64,000 nucleotides of DNA from Burkholderiaceae bacterium (lineage in GTDB: Bacteria > Pseudomonadota > Gammaproteobacteria > Burkholderiales > Burkholderiaceae_C): the NCBI GenBank assembly GCA_026125795.1, contig JAHCKM010000006.1, positions 75,719-139,718 on the forward strand, given 5' to 3'. The notes beneath the pieces are model-generated. The model was not told the origin of the DNA. It ran no database searches and saw only the letters and a list, made by a program, of their open reading frames with translations. A program made the translations under genes and the position numbers. Of this stretch, positions 19,630 through 29,001 are shown piece by piece (the first letter of the stretch is position 1; each line of letters opens with the position of its first letter).

Positions 19630-20448
19630 ATGCCTGATGTGTACGCAACCATCGCGCAAGCGGATCGTGCGATCCAGGAGCGGCTTGCCGACGTGATCGA
19701 GCTGCGCGCGACCGACCCGCGCTACCGGGCCATGGTCACGGCGTATCTGGCGGCGGTGCCGTGGAAAGGCAGCAGCCGCGTACTCGAGATCGGCTGCGGG
19801 ACCGGTTTCATCTGTCGCACGCTGGCCCGGCAAACGCACGTGGCGAGTGTGGTGGGCGTCGATCCGTCGCCGGTGTTCATCGATCGCGCCCGCTCGTTGG
19901 CCAGCGATCTCGCACACGTGTCGTTCGAGTGCGCCGACGGCCGCTCGCTGCCGCATCGCCAGGAGTCGTTCGATGGCGTCGTGCTCAACACCACGTTGAG
20001 CCATGTTCCACAACCTCAGCTGCTCGTCGGCGAGGCCCACCGGGTGTTGCGCCCAGGCGGGTGGCTGGCGATCTTCGACGGCGACTACGCGACCGCCACG
20101 GTCGCGAGAAATCCCACCGATCCGCTGCAGGCGTGCGTTGAGGCCTTTCTTTCCGGATTCGTGCACGATCCCTGGTTGATGCGGCGCCTGCCGCAGCTGG
20201 TCGAGGCGATGGGCTTTGCCGACGCATCGATGCAGGGCCATGGCTACGTCGAGGCTCCGCAGGCCGGATACATGCTGACCTGGATCGAGCGCGGCGCAGA
20301 CGCACTGGTCGCCGCAGGATGCATCGACGCGTCGACAGCGGATGCTCTCAAGGCAGAGGGGCGGCGCCGCAGCGGCGCGCGCGAATGGTTCGGCCACATT
20401 GCGTTCGCCAGCCTGATCGGCACCAAACCGTCCGAACCGGCCCTCTGA
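19630..20448 (+). CDS. class I SAM-dependent methyltransferase
   Basis: Motif I (VLEIGCGTGFICRTLA) and the post-I/II regions (VVGVDPSP..., LRPGGWLAIFD) are present. Confidence 0.85.
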   Translation: MPDVYATIAQADRAIQERLADVIELRATDPRYRAMVTAYLAAVPWKGSSRVLEIGCGTGFICRTLARQTHVASVVGVDPSPVFIDRARSLASDLAHVSFECADGRSLPHRQESFDGVVLNTTLSHVPQPQLLVGEAHRVLRPGGWLAIFDGDYATATVARNPTDPLQACVEAFLSGFVHDPWLMRRLPQLVEAMGFADASMQGHGYVEAPQAGYMLTWIERGADALVAAGCIDASTADALKAEGRRRSGAREWFGHIAFASLIGTKPSEPAL

Positions 20449-20543
20449 AGCGGTCCGTGCCGGTCAATGGCCTGGCAGGACAGCTCGGCGTGCCGCTGCC
20501 GGCCGAAGCAATAATTCGGTCCGGACACACAAAGGGAGGGCTC

Positions 20544-21113
20544 ATGTCCGCACGACGACTGCTCGCGCTGTTTTCGCTGGCCATCGGATCCACCGCCCAG
20601 GCGCAGACGCAGGATCTCGGCGAAGGTTTCCTGTGCTGCAACATGCGCGCCAACGGCAGCTGGATCTCCGACAGCAACTACGAGGAAGACAAGGCCACCG
20701 TGGTGCGCGTGGGCACGCCGCTGAAGCACGACGGCTTCGGCCGCTACCGCGTGCACGTGCTGATCGACGGCAAGCGTTCGTCGATCGGCAACGACTACAG
20801 CCGCGACCTGTCGCTCGACGTCTTCGCCCGGCGCTACATCGTCAAGGAGGACCCGCGCCCCAAGGTCGCCGCCGCCCGGCCGCCGATCCGCGCCGCCATC
20901 GAGTCGTTCAAGGTGGCCAACGGCATGACCAAGGAGCAGGTGCTGATGGCGGTGGGCTATCCGATGAGCAGCGAGAACCCCAGCCTGGACGCCAAGGAGT
21001 GGAAGTATTGGCTGTCGAGCTTTGCGCCGTTCACCGTGACCTTTGGCGCCGACAACCTCGTCAGCAAGGTCGAGGGCGACGCGGCCACGCTGGCCAAGGT
21101 GTACGCCAAGTGA
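20544..21113 (+). CDS. secreted hypothetical protein with BamE/SmpA-OmlA-like C-terminal segment
   Basis: ATG 20544 is preceded by GGGAGGG. The signal peptide is MSARRLLALFSLAIGSTAQA. The C-terminal GMTKEQVLMAVGYPMSS...WKYW resembles the SmpA/OmlA fold signature. Confidence 0.65.
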   Translation: MSARRLLALFSLAIGSTAQAQTQDLGEGFLCCNMRANGSWISDSNYEEDKATVVRVGTPLKHDGFGRYRVHVLIDGKRSSIGNDYSRDLSLDVFARRYIVKEDPRPKVAAARPPIRAAIESFKVANGMTKEQVLMAVGYPMSSENPSLDAKEWKYWLSSFAPFTVTFGADNLVSKVEGDAATLAKVYAK

Positions 21114-21123
21114 CCGGTGGCCC

Positions 21124-21144
21124 GGGGCGGCTCAGAGCCGCCCC
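21124..21144. terminator. GC hairpin between convergent genes (possible bidirectional terminator, no U-tract)
   Basis: GGGGCGGCT-cag-AGCCGCCCC gives a 9-bp stem. It overlaps the stop codon of the minus-strand gene 21132..21365. Confidence 0.3.
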
Positions 21145-21365
21145 GACTCCATGTCGTCGATGAACTGAGCAATCGCGGCGCGCCTCGCCTTGTACTTGAC
21201 CAGCGTCAGGCGCAGCTGCGCGAGCAGATCTTCGGCCCTGGTCACGTCGTGCCAGTCGGCCACAGCCTCGCGCATCAGGCGCTCGAGCTCGTCGATGCGC
21301 CGTTCGGCGTCTTCGATCAGGCGGTCGACCTGGGCCAGATCGTCGAGCTCTTTCCGACGGTCCAT
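21132..21365 (-). CDS. small coiled-coil hypothetical protein (77 aa)
   Basis: ATG 21365 lies inside ORF 21132..21488. The product is MDRRKELDDLAQVDRLIEDAERRIDELERLMREAVADWHDV..., with heptad-like charged helices. I recognise no family. Confidence 0.45.
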   Translation of the reverse strand: MDRRKELDDLAQVDRLIEDAERRIDELERLMREAVADWHDVTRAEDLLAQLRLTLVKYKARRAAIAQFIDDMESGRL

Positions 21366-21406
21366 GCCACCTGGCGGGGCAAAGAGCGTGCCCCGCGCCG
21401 CGCGCG

Positions 21407-21988
21407 TCAGGGTCGCAGCAGCGTGCCCTGCACCACCCGCGAGGGCACCGCGAACGCGCCGGCGCCCAGGTGGTGCAGCGTGTGCCACGCGGCGTTGTCG
21501 GCGCGGAACGACCAGCGCCCGTTGGCGAACACGCGGTCATCGGCCTGCGCCGACACCACCTCGCCGAACACGGTGTCGTAGGCCTGTTCGGTGTGCGCCT
21601 CGGGGATGTGGCGCAGCTCGAGCCAGGCGCAGCAGCCTTCGACCCACGGCAACCCGAGCACCGGTCCGGCGAAGGTGCCGATGCCGTGGCGTACGAACTT
21701 GTCGCTGCCCTGGAGGTCGCGGCCGCTTTCGCTGCCCACCCGATAGGTGAGGTCGGCCAGCGCCGGCACTGGCAGGCACAACGCGAAACGGCCGCTCGCC
21801 TGCAGCAGCTCGCTGGTGAAGGTTTTCTTGTCCACCACCACCGCGATGCGCGGCGGCGTGAACTCCACCGGCATCGACCACGCGGCGGCCATGATGTTGC
21901 GGCGGCCGTCGTTTTCGGTGGTCACGAGCACGGTGGGGCCGTGGTTCACCAGGCGGCTGGCGTGGTGGAGGGCGACGTCCTGGCGCAT
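21407..21988 (-). CDS. flavin reductase family protein (FMN-binding split barrel)
   Basis: The sequence from ATG 21988, HGPTVLVTTENDGRRNIMAAAWSMPVEFTPPRIAVVV, is typical of flavin reductase-like domains. Confidence 0.85.
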   Translation of the reverse strand: MRQDVALHHASRLVNHGPTVLVTTENDGRRNIMAAAWSMPVEFTPPRIAVVVDKKTFTSELLQASGRFALCLPVPALADLTYRVGSESGRDLQGSDKFVRHGIGTFAGPVLGLPWVEGCCAWLELRHIPEAHTEQAYDTVFGEVVSAQADDRVFANGRWSFRADNAAWHTLHHLGAGAFAVPSRVVQGTLLRP

Positions 21989-22025
21989 GGGCTCGGGCTT
22001 CAGGGCGCCGCCGCGTCGGGCGCGG

Positions 22026-22087
22026 GCATCATGACGCGGCCGCTTCACGCGCCCGCATCACGAAGCGGCCGCTTCGCGCGCCCGCAT
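22026..22087. repeat. 29-bp tandem duplication of the TerB gene 3' end including its stop codon
   Basis: Copy 22026-22054 is gcatcatgacgcggccgcttcacgcgccc and copy 22055-22083 is gcatcacgaagcggccgcttcgcgcgccc (26/29 identical). They are followed by gcat. Both copies read ...MRAREAAAS-stop on the minus strand. Confidence 0.75.
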
Positions 22088-22522
22088 GCGCGCATGCACA
22101 TACGCGCCCTGCGGCACGTGCAGCAGGTCGGCGATGCGCCACATCACGTGGCGCTCGTGGTCGCTCAGGTGGCCGTCGGCGTAGGCGATGCCCCACATCA
22201 GCTCGATCATGCGGATCTTCTGCTGCATGCCGAAGCGCTCGTCGATGCGCGACGTGAAGGTGTAGAGGTCGGTGGCCCGGTGCGCGGTGGCTTCGGCCAA
22301 TTCGGCCAGCCGCGCCGCCTCGTCGGCGCCCAGCGCAAACTTCTCGCGCAGCGCCGCGTGCACCGCCTCGCGTTCGCCGGCGTGGAAGGTGGCGTCGGCG
22401 CGCATCACCTCCACCAGCATCACCGCGGTGGCCAGCTGCAGCGCGTGTTCGTCGGACTGCGCGCCGCCGACCGCCGGCGGCGGCATCAGGTTGTCGAACA
22501 GGTCCTTCAGCGTCTTGAGCAC
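22058..22522 (-). CDS. TerB family (tellurite resistance TerB-like) protein
   Basis: The GTG 22522 start gives (M)LKTLKDLFDNL..., the usual TerB-family N terminus. The body is LQLATAVMLVEVMRADATFHAGEREAV...IRMIELMWGIAYADGHLSDHERHVMWRIADLL. Confidence 0.75.
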   Translation of the reverse strand: MLKTLKDLFDNLMPPPAVGGAQSDEHALQLATAVMLVEVMRADATFHAGEREAVHAALREKFALGADEAARLAELAEATAHRATDLYTFTSRIDERFGMQQKIRMIELMWGIAYADGHLSDHERHVMWRIADLLHVPQGAYVHARMRAREAAAS

Positions 22523-22566
22523 AAGCGCATGATGGCACGTGCACCGTGGGCGCGCGCCGCGGCGGG

Positions 22567-23862
22567 TCAGCCGGCTTCGAGCCAGTCGCAGGCCACGTGT
22601 GCCAATGCACGCACGCCGAGCAGCAGCGCGCGCTCGTCGACGTGGAAGCGCGGCGAGTGGTTGGCCGGCGCCTTGCTCGGGTCGAGGTCGGGCCGCGTGA
22701 CGCCGATGAAGAAGAACAGCCCGGGCACCAGCTGCTGGAAGTACGAGAAGTCCTCGGAGCCGGTCACCTTGGGGACAAACTGCACCTTGTCGGCGCCGGC
22801 CACGCGCTGCAGCGTGGGCAGCATCTGCGCGGTCAGCGCCGGGTCGTTCACCGTGACCGGATAGTTCTTCTCGATGCACACCGTGCAGCCGGCGCGCGAG
22901 CCGCGCGCGATCGCCTCGGCCATCGTGCTCACGCGCTCGTGCACGTCGTCGCGCATGCCTTCGTCAAAGGTGCGGATCGTGCCGCGCATCTCGACGTTGT
23001 CGGGGATGATGTTCTCGCGCACGCCGCCGCGGATCATGCCCACCGTGACCACCGCCGGCTCGCGCGCGATGTCGACGCCGCGGCTCACCACGGTTTGCAG
23101 CCCCAGCACCACCTGGGCCGACGTGACGATCGGATCCACCCCCAGCCACGGTGCCGCGCCGTGCGTCTGGCGCCCGTGCACGGTGATGCTGAAACGATCG
23201 GAGCTGGCCATCGTCGGGCCGGGCCGGTAGCCGATGTGGCCCACGTTCTGGCGCGACGTGACGTGCAGGCCGAAGATCGCCTGCGGCGCGGGGTGCTCCA
23301 GCGCGCCTTCCTGGATCATCAGCTTGGCGCCGCCTTCTTCGCCTTTGGGCGGCATCTCCTCGGCCGGCTGGAAGATGAACTTCACCGTGCCGCGCAGCCG
23401 CTTGCGCAGGCCGGCCAGCACCGTGGCCACGCCCAGCAGCACGGCGGTGTGGCAATCGTGGCCGCAGGCGTGCATCACGCCCACCTCTTCGCCGTTCCAG
23501 ATGGTGCGCACCTTGGACGCAAACGGCACGTCGACCTCTTCGGTCACCGGCAGCGCGTCCATGTCGGCACGCAGCGCCACCACCTTGCCGGGCAGCTTGC
23601 CCTTCAGCAGACCCACCACGCCGGTGTGGGCCACGCCCGTGCGCACTTCGTCGAGGCCGAGACTCTTCAGATGCTCGGCGACGATGGCGGCGGTGCGCGT
23701 CTCGCGGTTGCCGAGCTCCGGATGCTGGTGGAAGTCGCGCCGCCAGGCGATCACACGCTCCTCGACCGCGGCAGCGGCGTGATCGATCGAGGCAGCCAGG
23801 TCGGTGGCCGGTTCGGTGGTGCTCGCGGCGGCGTTCAATGGGTTCCTCCGTGCTCCGCACAC
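22567..23862 (-). CDS. M20/M20D family amidohydrolase (aminoacylase/hippurate hydrolase-like)
   Basis: The sequence WRRDFHQHPELGNRETRTAAIVAEHLKSLG...ALRADMDALPV...HACGHDCH is typical of M20D. The exact start is uncertain. Confidence 0.9.
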   Translation of the reverse strand: MCGARRNPLNAAASTTEPATDLAASIDHAAAAVEERVIAWRRDFHQHPELGNRETRTAAIVAEHLKSLGLDEVRTGVAHTGVVGLLKGKLPGKVVALRADMDALPVTEEVDVPFASKVRTIWNGEEVGVMHACGHDCHTAVLLGVATVLAGLRKRLRGTVKFIFQPAEEMPPKGEEGGAKLMIQEGALEHPAPQAIFGLHVTSRQNVGHIGYRPGPTMASSDRFSITVHGRQTHGAAPWLGVDPIVTSAQVVLGLQTVVSRGVDIAREPAVVTVGMIRGGVRENIIPDNVEMRGTIRTFDEGMRDDVHERVSTMAEAIARGSRAGCTVCIEKNYPVTVNDPALTAQMLPTLQRVAGADKVQFVPKVTGSEDFSYFQQLVPGLFFFIGVTRPDLDPSKAPANHSPRFHVDERALLLGVRALAHVACDWLEAG

Positions 23863-23932
23863 CGGGCCGCCTCAAGAGCGGCCGGCGCTGGCGAAAAAGG
23901 TATCACAAGCCATTTTGCCGGCCGCCGCCGGC

Positions 23933-24796
23933 CTAGGGATTCCCTCCGCCGCGAGGACGCGCTCGCTTCGTGCCCGCTGGCTTGCGCGCCGGTGGCGGCG
24001 CGACGGACGACCCCGGGATCGCCGTCGTCCACTCGGCCACGTCGGCCGGCGACATGGTGCTTGGCGGCGCCAGGCGCGGGTCGTCGTAGCCGCGCTGCGC
24101 CACGTCGGGCAGGTACTGCTCGCGCGACAACAACGTGCCGGCGCATTCTGCGCTGCGCGGCGGCGGGCCGTGCGTCTCGGCGCCCAGGCGCTCGATCAGC
24201 TCGTCCATCAGCCAACGCGGAATCAACGCGCGCTCACCCGGGTAGATGAAGCCGAACAGCACCAGGTGCGACAACAGCACGCGCCAATGCGGCCCAAAGC
24301 GGCTGAGCAGGCGCTGCCAGTCCAGGCGCGGCGCGCAGGCGTGCAGCAGGTGCGCCACGTCGGCGCCGTCGTAGCGCTCGCGTTCCATGATGAAGGCCTT
24401 GGTCCACAGGCTCTCCTCGGGCGGTGCCACCCGCACCGGAAGGTCGAACAGCCGCGCATCGCAGGCATGCTCGAACCAGGCGTCGTCCACCGGCGACAGC
24501 CCGTTGCCGGAATTGAAGATCACGTCGACGAAGCCGTTGTGGTTGTGCACCTTGCCGAGCCAGTGCGCAAAGGCCAGCTCGGCGCGATAACCCTGCCGCT
24601 GCGCCAGCCGCTCCAGCTGCGCCCAATGGCGCTGGCGGATGAAGATGTCCAGGTCCTTGGTCGGACGCCGGATGCCCGTGAAGTGCGCAAAGCCGAATGC
24701 TCCGCCCACGAGGAATGGCACGCCGTGCACCTGCAGCGTCTGCAACAGGTGCTTGTAAAAAGGTGCCGCGCTCTCCAACCCTTCGATGGTGGCCAT
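23933..24796 (-). CDS. nucleotidyltransferase-fold family protein (tentative)
   Basis: ATG 24796 lies inside ORF 23933..25003. The N terminus LLQTLQVHGVPFLVGGAFGFAHFTGIRRPTKDLDIFI resembles minimal nucleotidyltransferase G-[GS]...D.D motifs. The C-terminal tail is Pro/Arg-rich. Confidence 0.6.
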   Translation of the reverse strand: MATIEGLESAAPFYKHLLQTLQVHGVPFLVGGAFGFAHFTGIRRPTKDLDIFIRQRHWAQLERLAQRQGYRAELAFAHWLGKVHNHNGFVDVIFNSGNGLSPVDDAWFEHACDARLFDLPVRVAPPEESLWTKAFIMERERYDGADVAHLLHACAPRLDWQRLLSRFGPHWRVLLSHLVLFGFIYPGERALIPRWLMDELIERLGAETHGPPPRSAECAGTLLSREQYLPDVAQRGYDDPRLAPPSTMSPADVAEWTTAIPGSSVAPPPARKPAGTKRARPRGGGNP

Positions 24797-24866
24797 CACA
24801 ACCAGATGGCAAGGCGCGTGCCGCAGGCGCGCCGTTTGCCGCGCTGCGGCAAAGAAAAGGAACGCC

Positions 24867-25628
24867 ATGACCGACAAGGAAGAGATCCGTTTCGCCGCCG
24901 TCGGCGACCTGCATTGCACCGAAGCGTCGGCAGGTACCTTGCGCCACTTCTTCGCCCAGGCCACCGAGGCCGCCGACGCGTTGATGTTGTGCGGCGACCT
25001 CACCGACTACGGCACCGTCAAGGAAGCCAAGGTGCTGGCCGACGAACTGAGCGTGGTTTCGGTGCCGGTGGTCGCCGTGCTCGGCAACCACGACTACGAG
25101 TCCGGCGTGGCCGACGACGTGCGCCGCACGCTGCAGGCGGCCGGCGTGCAGGTGCTCGATGGCGAAGCCGTCGAGGTGCACGGCATCGGCATCGCCGGTG
25201 CCAAGGGCTTCGCCGGCGGCTTCGGCCGCGCGTCGCTCGGCGCCTGGGGCGAGCCGGCGATCAAGCAGTTCGTCAACGAAGCGCTGCACGAGGCAATGAA
25301 GCTGGAGTCGGCGCTGGCCAAGCTGCGCACGCGGCACCGCATCGCCATGCTGCATTACGCGCCGATCACCGGCACCGTGCAGGGCGAGCCGCTGGAGATC
25401 TATGCCTTTCTCGGCAGCAGCCGCCTGGAGGATCCGCTGCTGCGTTACCCGGTGGATTTCGTCGTGCACGGCCATGCGCACCGCGGTGCGCTCGAGGGCC
25501 GCACCGTCAATGGCGTGCCGGTCTACAACGTGGCCAAGCCGCTGTTGCAGCGCACCTTCGCCGATCGCCCGGCATTCCGTTTGCTCCATCTCCCAGTGGA
25601 ACCCGAGCCGGAGACCAGCCCGGGTTAA
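24867..25628 (+). CDS. metallophosphoesterase (calcineurin-like)
   Basis: ATG 24867. The motifs are AAVGDLH, LCGDLTDYG, VLGNHDYE and VVHGHAHRG. Confidence 0.85.
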   Translation: MTDKEEIRFAAVGDLHCTEASAGTLRHFFAQATEAADALMLCGDLTDYGTVKEAKVLADELSVVSVPVVAVLGNHDYESGVADDVRRTLQAAGVQVLDGEAVEVHGIGIAGAKGFAGGFGRASLGAWGEPAIKQFVNEALHEAMKLESALAKLRTRHRIAMLHYAPITGTVQGEPLEIYAFLGSSRLEDPLLRYPVDFVVHGHAHRGALEGRTVNGVPVYNVAKPLLQRTFADRPAFRLLHLPVEPEPETSPG

Positions 25629-25650
25629 GCAATGTCCTACAACAGATGGC

Positions 25651-26733
25651 ATGACGATGAAGATCGCACAAGTTGCACCGCTGGTGGAAAGCGTGCCGCC
25701 CAGGACGTATGGCGGCACAGAACGGGTGGTGTCGTATCTCACCGAGGCGCTGGTCGACCTCGGTCATGACGTGACCTTGTTTGCCAGCGGCGACTCGCAG
25801 ACGCGCGCGCAGCTGGTGCCGGTGGTGCAGCGCAGCCTGCGGCTCGATCCGCGCCGCCCCGACTGGCTGATGTGGCACACGGTGATGCTCGATCAAGTGT
25901 TCCAGCAAGCGCCGGACTTCGACGTGGTGCACTTCCACGTCGACTTCCTGCACTACCCGCTGGTGCGGCGGTGCCCGACGCCGTGCCTGACCACGCTGCA
26001 CGGCCGCCTGGACCTGCCCGACCACGTGGCGCTGCACCGGCACTTTCGCGAGCAGGCGCTGGTGTCGATCTCACAGGCGCAGCGCAAGCCGCTGGGCGAC
26101 GCCTGCCGCTGGCTCGCCACCGTGCACCACGGCGTGCCGGAGTCGCTGTACACGTTTCGCGAGCGGCCGGACGACTACTTCGCGTTCGTCGGCCGCATCT
26201 CGCCGGAGAAGCGCGTCGACCGCGCGATCCAGCTGGCCCAGGCCGCGGGCGTCCGGCTGCGCATCGCCGCCAAGGTGGACCGCGTCGACGAGGCGTACTT
26301 CGAGCGCGCGATCCGGCCGCTGCTGGACCATCCGCTGGTCGACTACATCGGCGAGATCGGCGAAGAAGAGAAGAACGACTTCCTCGGCGGTGCACGCGCG
26401 GTGCTGTTCCCGATCGACTGGCCGGAGCCGTTCGGCCTGGTGATGATCGAGGCGCTGGCCTGCGGCACGCCGGTGATCGCGTGGCGCTGCGGCTCGGTGT
26501 CCGAGGTCATCGAGCACGGCCGCACCGGTTTCGTGGTCGAGGACATGGGCCAGGCCGTCGAGGCCGCGCGCCGCATCGGCGAGATCCAGCGCGGCACCTG
26601 CCGCGCCGCCTACGAGCGGCGCTTCACCGCGCGCCGCATGGCCGAGCGGTATGTGGAGGTGTATGCCGCGCTCGGCGCCGCGCGCCTGCAGCAAGGCGAC
26701 GACAGCGCGGTCGAAAGCCCCTCGATCCCTTAG
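25651..26733 (+). CDS. glycosyltransferase family 4 (GT-B, group 1)
   Basis: The N terminus MKIAQVAPLVESVPPRTYGGTERVVSYLTEALVDLGHDVTLFASGDS and the C-terminal EPFGLVMIEALACGTPVIA (E-x7-E-type) motif are present. The start is 25651 or 25657. Confidence 0.9.
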   Translation: MTMKIAQVAPLVESVPPRTYGGTERVVSYLTEALVDLGHDVTLFASGDSQTRAQLVPVVQRSLRLDPRRPDWLMWHTVMLDQVFQQAPDFDVVHFHVDFLHYPLVRRCPTPCLTTLHGRLDLPDHVALHRHFREQALVSISQAQRKPLGDACRWLATVHHGVPESLYTFRERPDDYFAFVGRISPEKRVDRAIQLAQAAGVRLRIAAKVDRVDEAYFERAIRPLLDHPLVDYIGEIGEEEKNDFLGGARAVLFPIDWPEPFGLVMIEALACGTPVIAWRCGSVSEVIEHGRTGFVVEDMGQAVEAARRIGEIQRGTCRAAYERRFTARRMAERYVEVYAALGAARLQQGDDSAVESPSIP

Positions 26734-26763
26734 GAGAGTCCGTCGATCGCTTAGCCTAGCGCG

Positions 26764-28938
26764 ATGAGCGAACCCCGTCCGATCCAGATCGGCGGCCGCT
26801 GGTACGTGCTGGCCACCAGTGCGCCGGCCGAGGCGCAGCCGCAGCCGCTCAAGCGCGAAGACCTGTTCGCGCTGTTCGACCGTTATGGCGACATCGTGCC
26901 GTGGGAAGGCGGCGACCAGGGCCTGTACCTGCAGGACACGCGTTACCTGTCGCACCTGGAGCTGCTGCTCGAAGGCGTGCGCCCGCTGCACCTGCACACC
27001 GCCGTGCGCGACGACGGCAGCGTGCTCGCGGTGGGACTGATGAACCCCGACCTCACGCGCGACGGCCGCGTGGTGGTGCAGAAAGGGCGCGTGCACCTGC
27101 TGCGCCAGAAGCTGCTGTTCGACAGCGCCTGCCACGAGGAACTGCAGCTCACCAACCACGGTCTGGGCGCGCTGCGGCTGCATCTGGAGCTCAAGCTCGC
27201 GGCCGACTATGCCGACCTGTTCGAGGTCCGTGGCATGGCGCGCGAGCGCCACGGCACGCTGGCGCCGCCGGCGCTTGACGGCGGCGCGCTGAGCTTCGAA
27301 TACCTCGGTCTCGATGGGCGGCGCCGCCGCACCGTGGTGCGCTTCGATCCGGCGCCGCAGGCGCTCGACGCCGGCTCGGCGCACTTCACGCTCGAGCTCG
27401 CCCCCGCTGAACAGGCGGTGCTGCGCTGGCAGATCACCTGCGAGCGACCGGGAGCACAGCTGAGCCAGCCGTTGCCCATGGTGGCCGCACGCCAGCGCCA
27501 CGAGGCGCAGCTGCAGCGCGCCGCCACCGGGCGCAGCCGCATCAGCAGCTCCAACCCGATGATGGACCGCTGGCTCGAGCGTTCGGGCTCCGATCTCGAC
27601 ATGCTGACCACCACGTTGCCGACCGGTCCGTTTCCGTTCGCCGGCGTGCCGTGGTACTGCACCACCTTCGGCCGCGACGGGCTGCTCACCGCGCACCAAT
27701 GCCTGTGGGTGCAGCCGCAGCTGGCGCGCGGCGTGCTGGCGTTCCTGGCGTCGACGCAGGCCACCGAGGTCGACCCGAGCACCGATGCCGAACCGGGCAA
27801 GATCCTGCACGAGGCGCGCGCCAGCGAGATGGCCGCCACGCGCGAGGTGCCGTTCGAGCGCTACTACGGCTCGGTCGACGCCACGCCGCTGTTCGTGGTG
27901 CTGGCGGCGGCCTACTGGCGCCGCACGGCGGATATGGAGTTCATCCGCTCGGTGTGGCCCCACATCGTGGCCGCGCTGCACTGGATGGAGCACTACGGCG
28001 ACCACGACGGCGACGGCTTTGTCGAGTACGCGCGCAAGAGCGTCGACGGACTGATCCAGCAAGGCTGGAAGGACTCGCACGACTCGGTGTTCCATGCCGA
28101 CGGCCGCATGGCGGCGGCGCCGATCGCGCTGTGCGAAGTGCAGGGCTATGTGTACGCCGCCAAGCGCGGCGCGGCCGAGCTGGCGCGCGAGCTGGGCGAG
28201 CACGAGGACGCGCAGCGCTGGCACCACGAGGCCGAGGCGCTGAAGAAGCAGTTCCAGCAGCGCTTCTGGTGCGACCAGCTCGGCCTGTACGCGCTGGCGC
28301 TCGATGGCGACAAGCAGCCATGCGAAGTGGCATCGTCCAACGCCGGCCATGCGCTGTGGGCCGGCATCGCGGCGCCGGAGCACGCCGCGCGCATGGCGCG
28401 CCGCCTGCTGGAGCCCGATCTGTTCTCCGGCTGGGGCTTGCGCACCCTCGGGACCGGCCAGGCGCGCTACAACCCGATGTCGTACCACAACGGCTCGATC
28501 TGGCCGCACGACAACGCGGTGGTGTGCGAGGGTCTGGCGCGTTATGGCCATGCGGAGTCGGCGCTGCAGCTGCTGGGCGCCGCGTTCGAAGGCAGCCTGC
28601 ATTTCGCCGGCAGCCGGCTGCCCGAACTGTTCTGCGGCTTTGCCCGCCGCGACGGCGAGGGCCCGACGCGCTACCCGGTGTCGTGTTCGCCGCAGGCCTG
28701 GGCCGCGGCGGCGGTGTTCGGCATGCTGGGGGGTTGCCTTGGCGTGGAGTTCGAGGCCGACGCGCGCTGCGTGCGCATGCACTCGCCGCGGCTGCCGCGC
28801 TTCGTCGACTGGCTGCGTGTCGAGGGCCTGGTGATTGGCGACGCGCGGGTTGACCTGCTGCTGCAGCGCTACCGCGACAGCGTGGGCGTTGACGTGACGC
28901 GGCGCGATGGCCCCGTCGAGGTCGCGGTGGTGGTATAG
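26764..28938 (+). CDS. amylo-alpha-1,6-glucosidase / glycogen-debranching-enzyme-like protein (GDE N-terminal + (alpha/alpha)6 C-terminal domain)
   Basis: A 724-aa protein. The sequence GVPWYCTTFGRDGLLTA..., KILHEARASEMA..., YYGSVDATPLFV..., GFVEY...QGWKDS..., VQGYVYAA..., YHNGSIWPHDN is typical of bacterial GDE_C family proteins. Confidence 0.9.
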   Translation: MSEPRPIQIGGRWYVLATSAPAEAQPQPLKREDLFALFDRYGDIVPWEGGDQGLYLQDTRYLSHLELLLEGVRPLHLHTAVRDDGSVLAVGLMNPDLTRDGRVVVQKGRVHLLRQKLLFDSACHEELQLTNHGLGALRLHLELKLAADYADLFEVRGMARERHGTLAPPALDGGALSFEYLGLDGRRRRTVVRFDPAPQALDAGSAHFTLELAPAEQAVLRWQITCERPGAQLSQPLPMVAARQRHEAQLQRAATGRSRISSSNPMMDRWLERSGSDLDMLTTTLPTGPFPFAGVPWYCTTFGRDGLLTAHQCLWVQPQLARGVLAFLASTQATEVDPSTDAEPGKILHEARASEMAATREVPFERYYGSVDATPLFVVLAAAYWRRTADMEFIRSVWPHIVAALHWMEHYGDHDGDGFVEYARKSVDGLIQQGWKDSHDSVFHADGRMAAAPIALCEVQGYVYAAKRGAAELARELGEHEDAQRWHHEAEALKKQFQQRFWCDQLGLYALALDGDKQPCEVASSNAGHALWAGIAAPEHAARMARRLLEPDLFSGWGLRTLGTGQARYNPMSYHNGSIWPHDNAVVCEGLARYGHAESALQLLGAAFEGSLHFAGSRLPELFCGFARRDGEGPTRYPVSCSPQAWAAAAVFGMLGGCLGVEFEADARCVRMHSPRLPRFVDWLRVEGLVIGDARVDLLLQRYRDSVGVDVTRRDGPVEVAVVV

Positions 28939-29001
28939 CGCGCCGCGGCGCGCCGAGACTACAGTTGTGCAGCCGCCCGTCTGGGCGGGTTGGGAGCGTG
29001 C

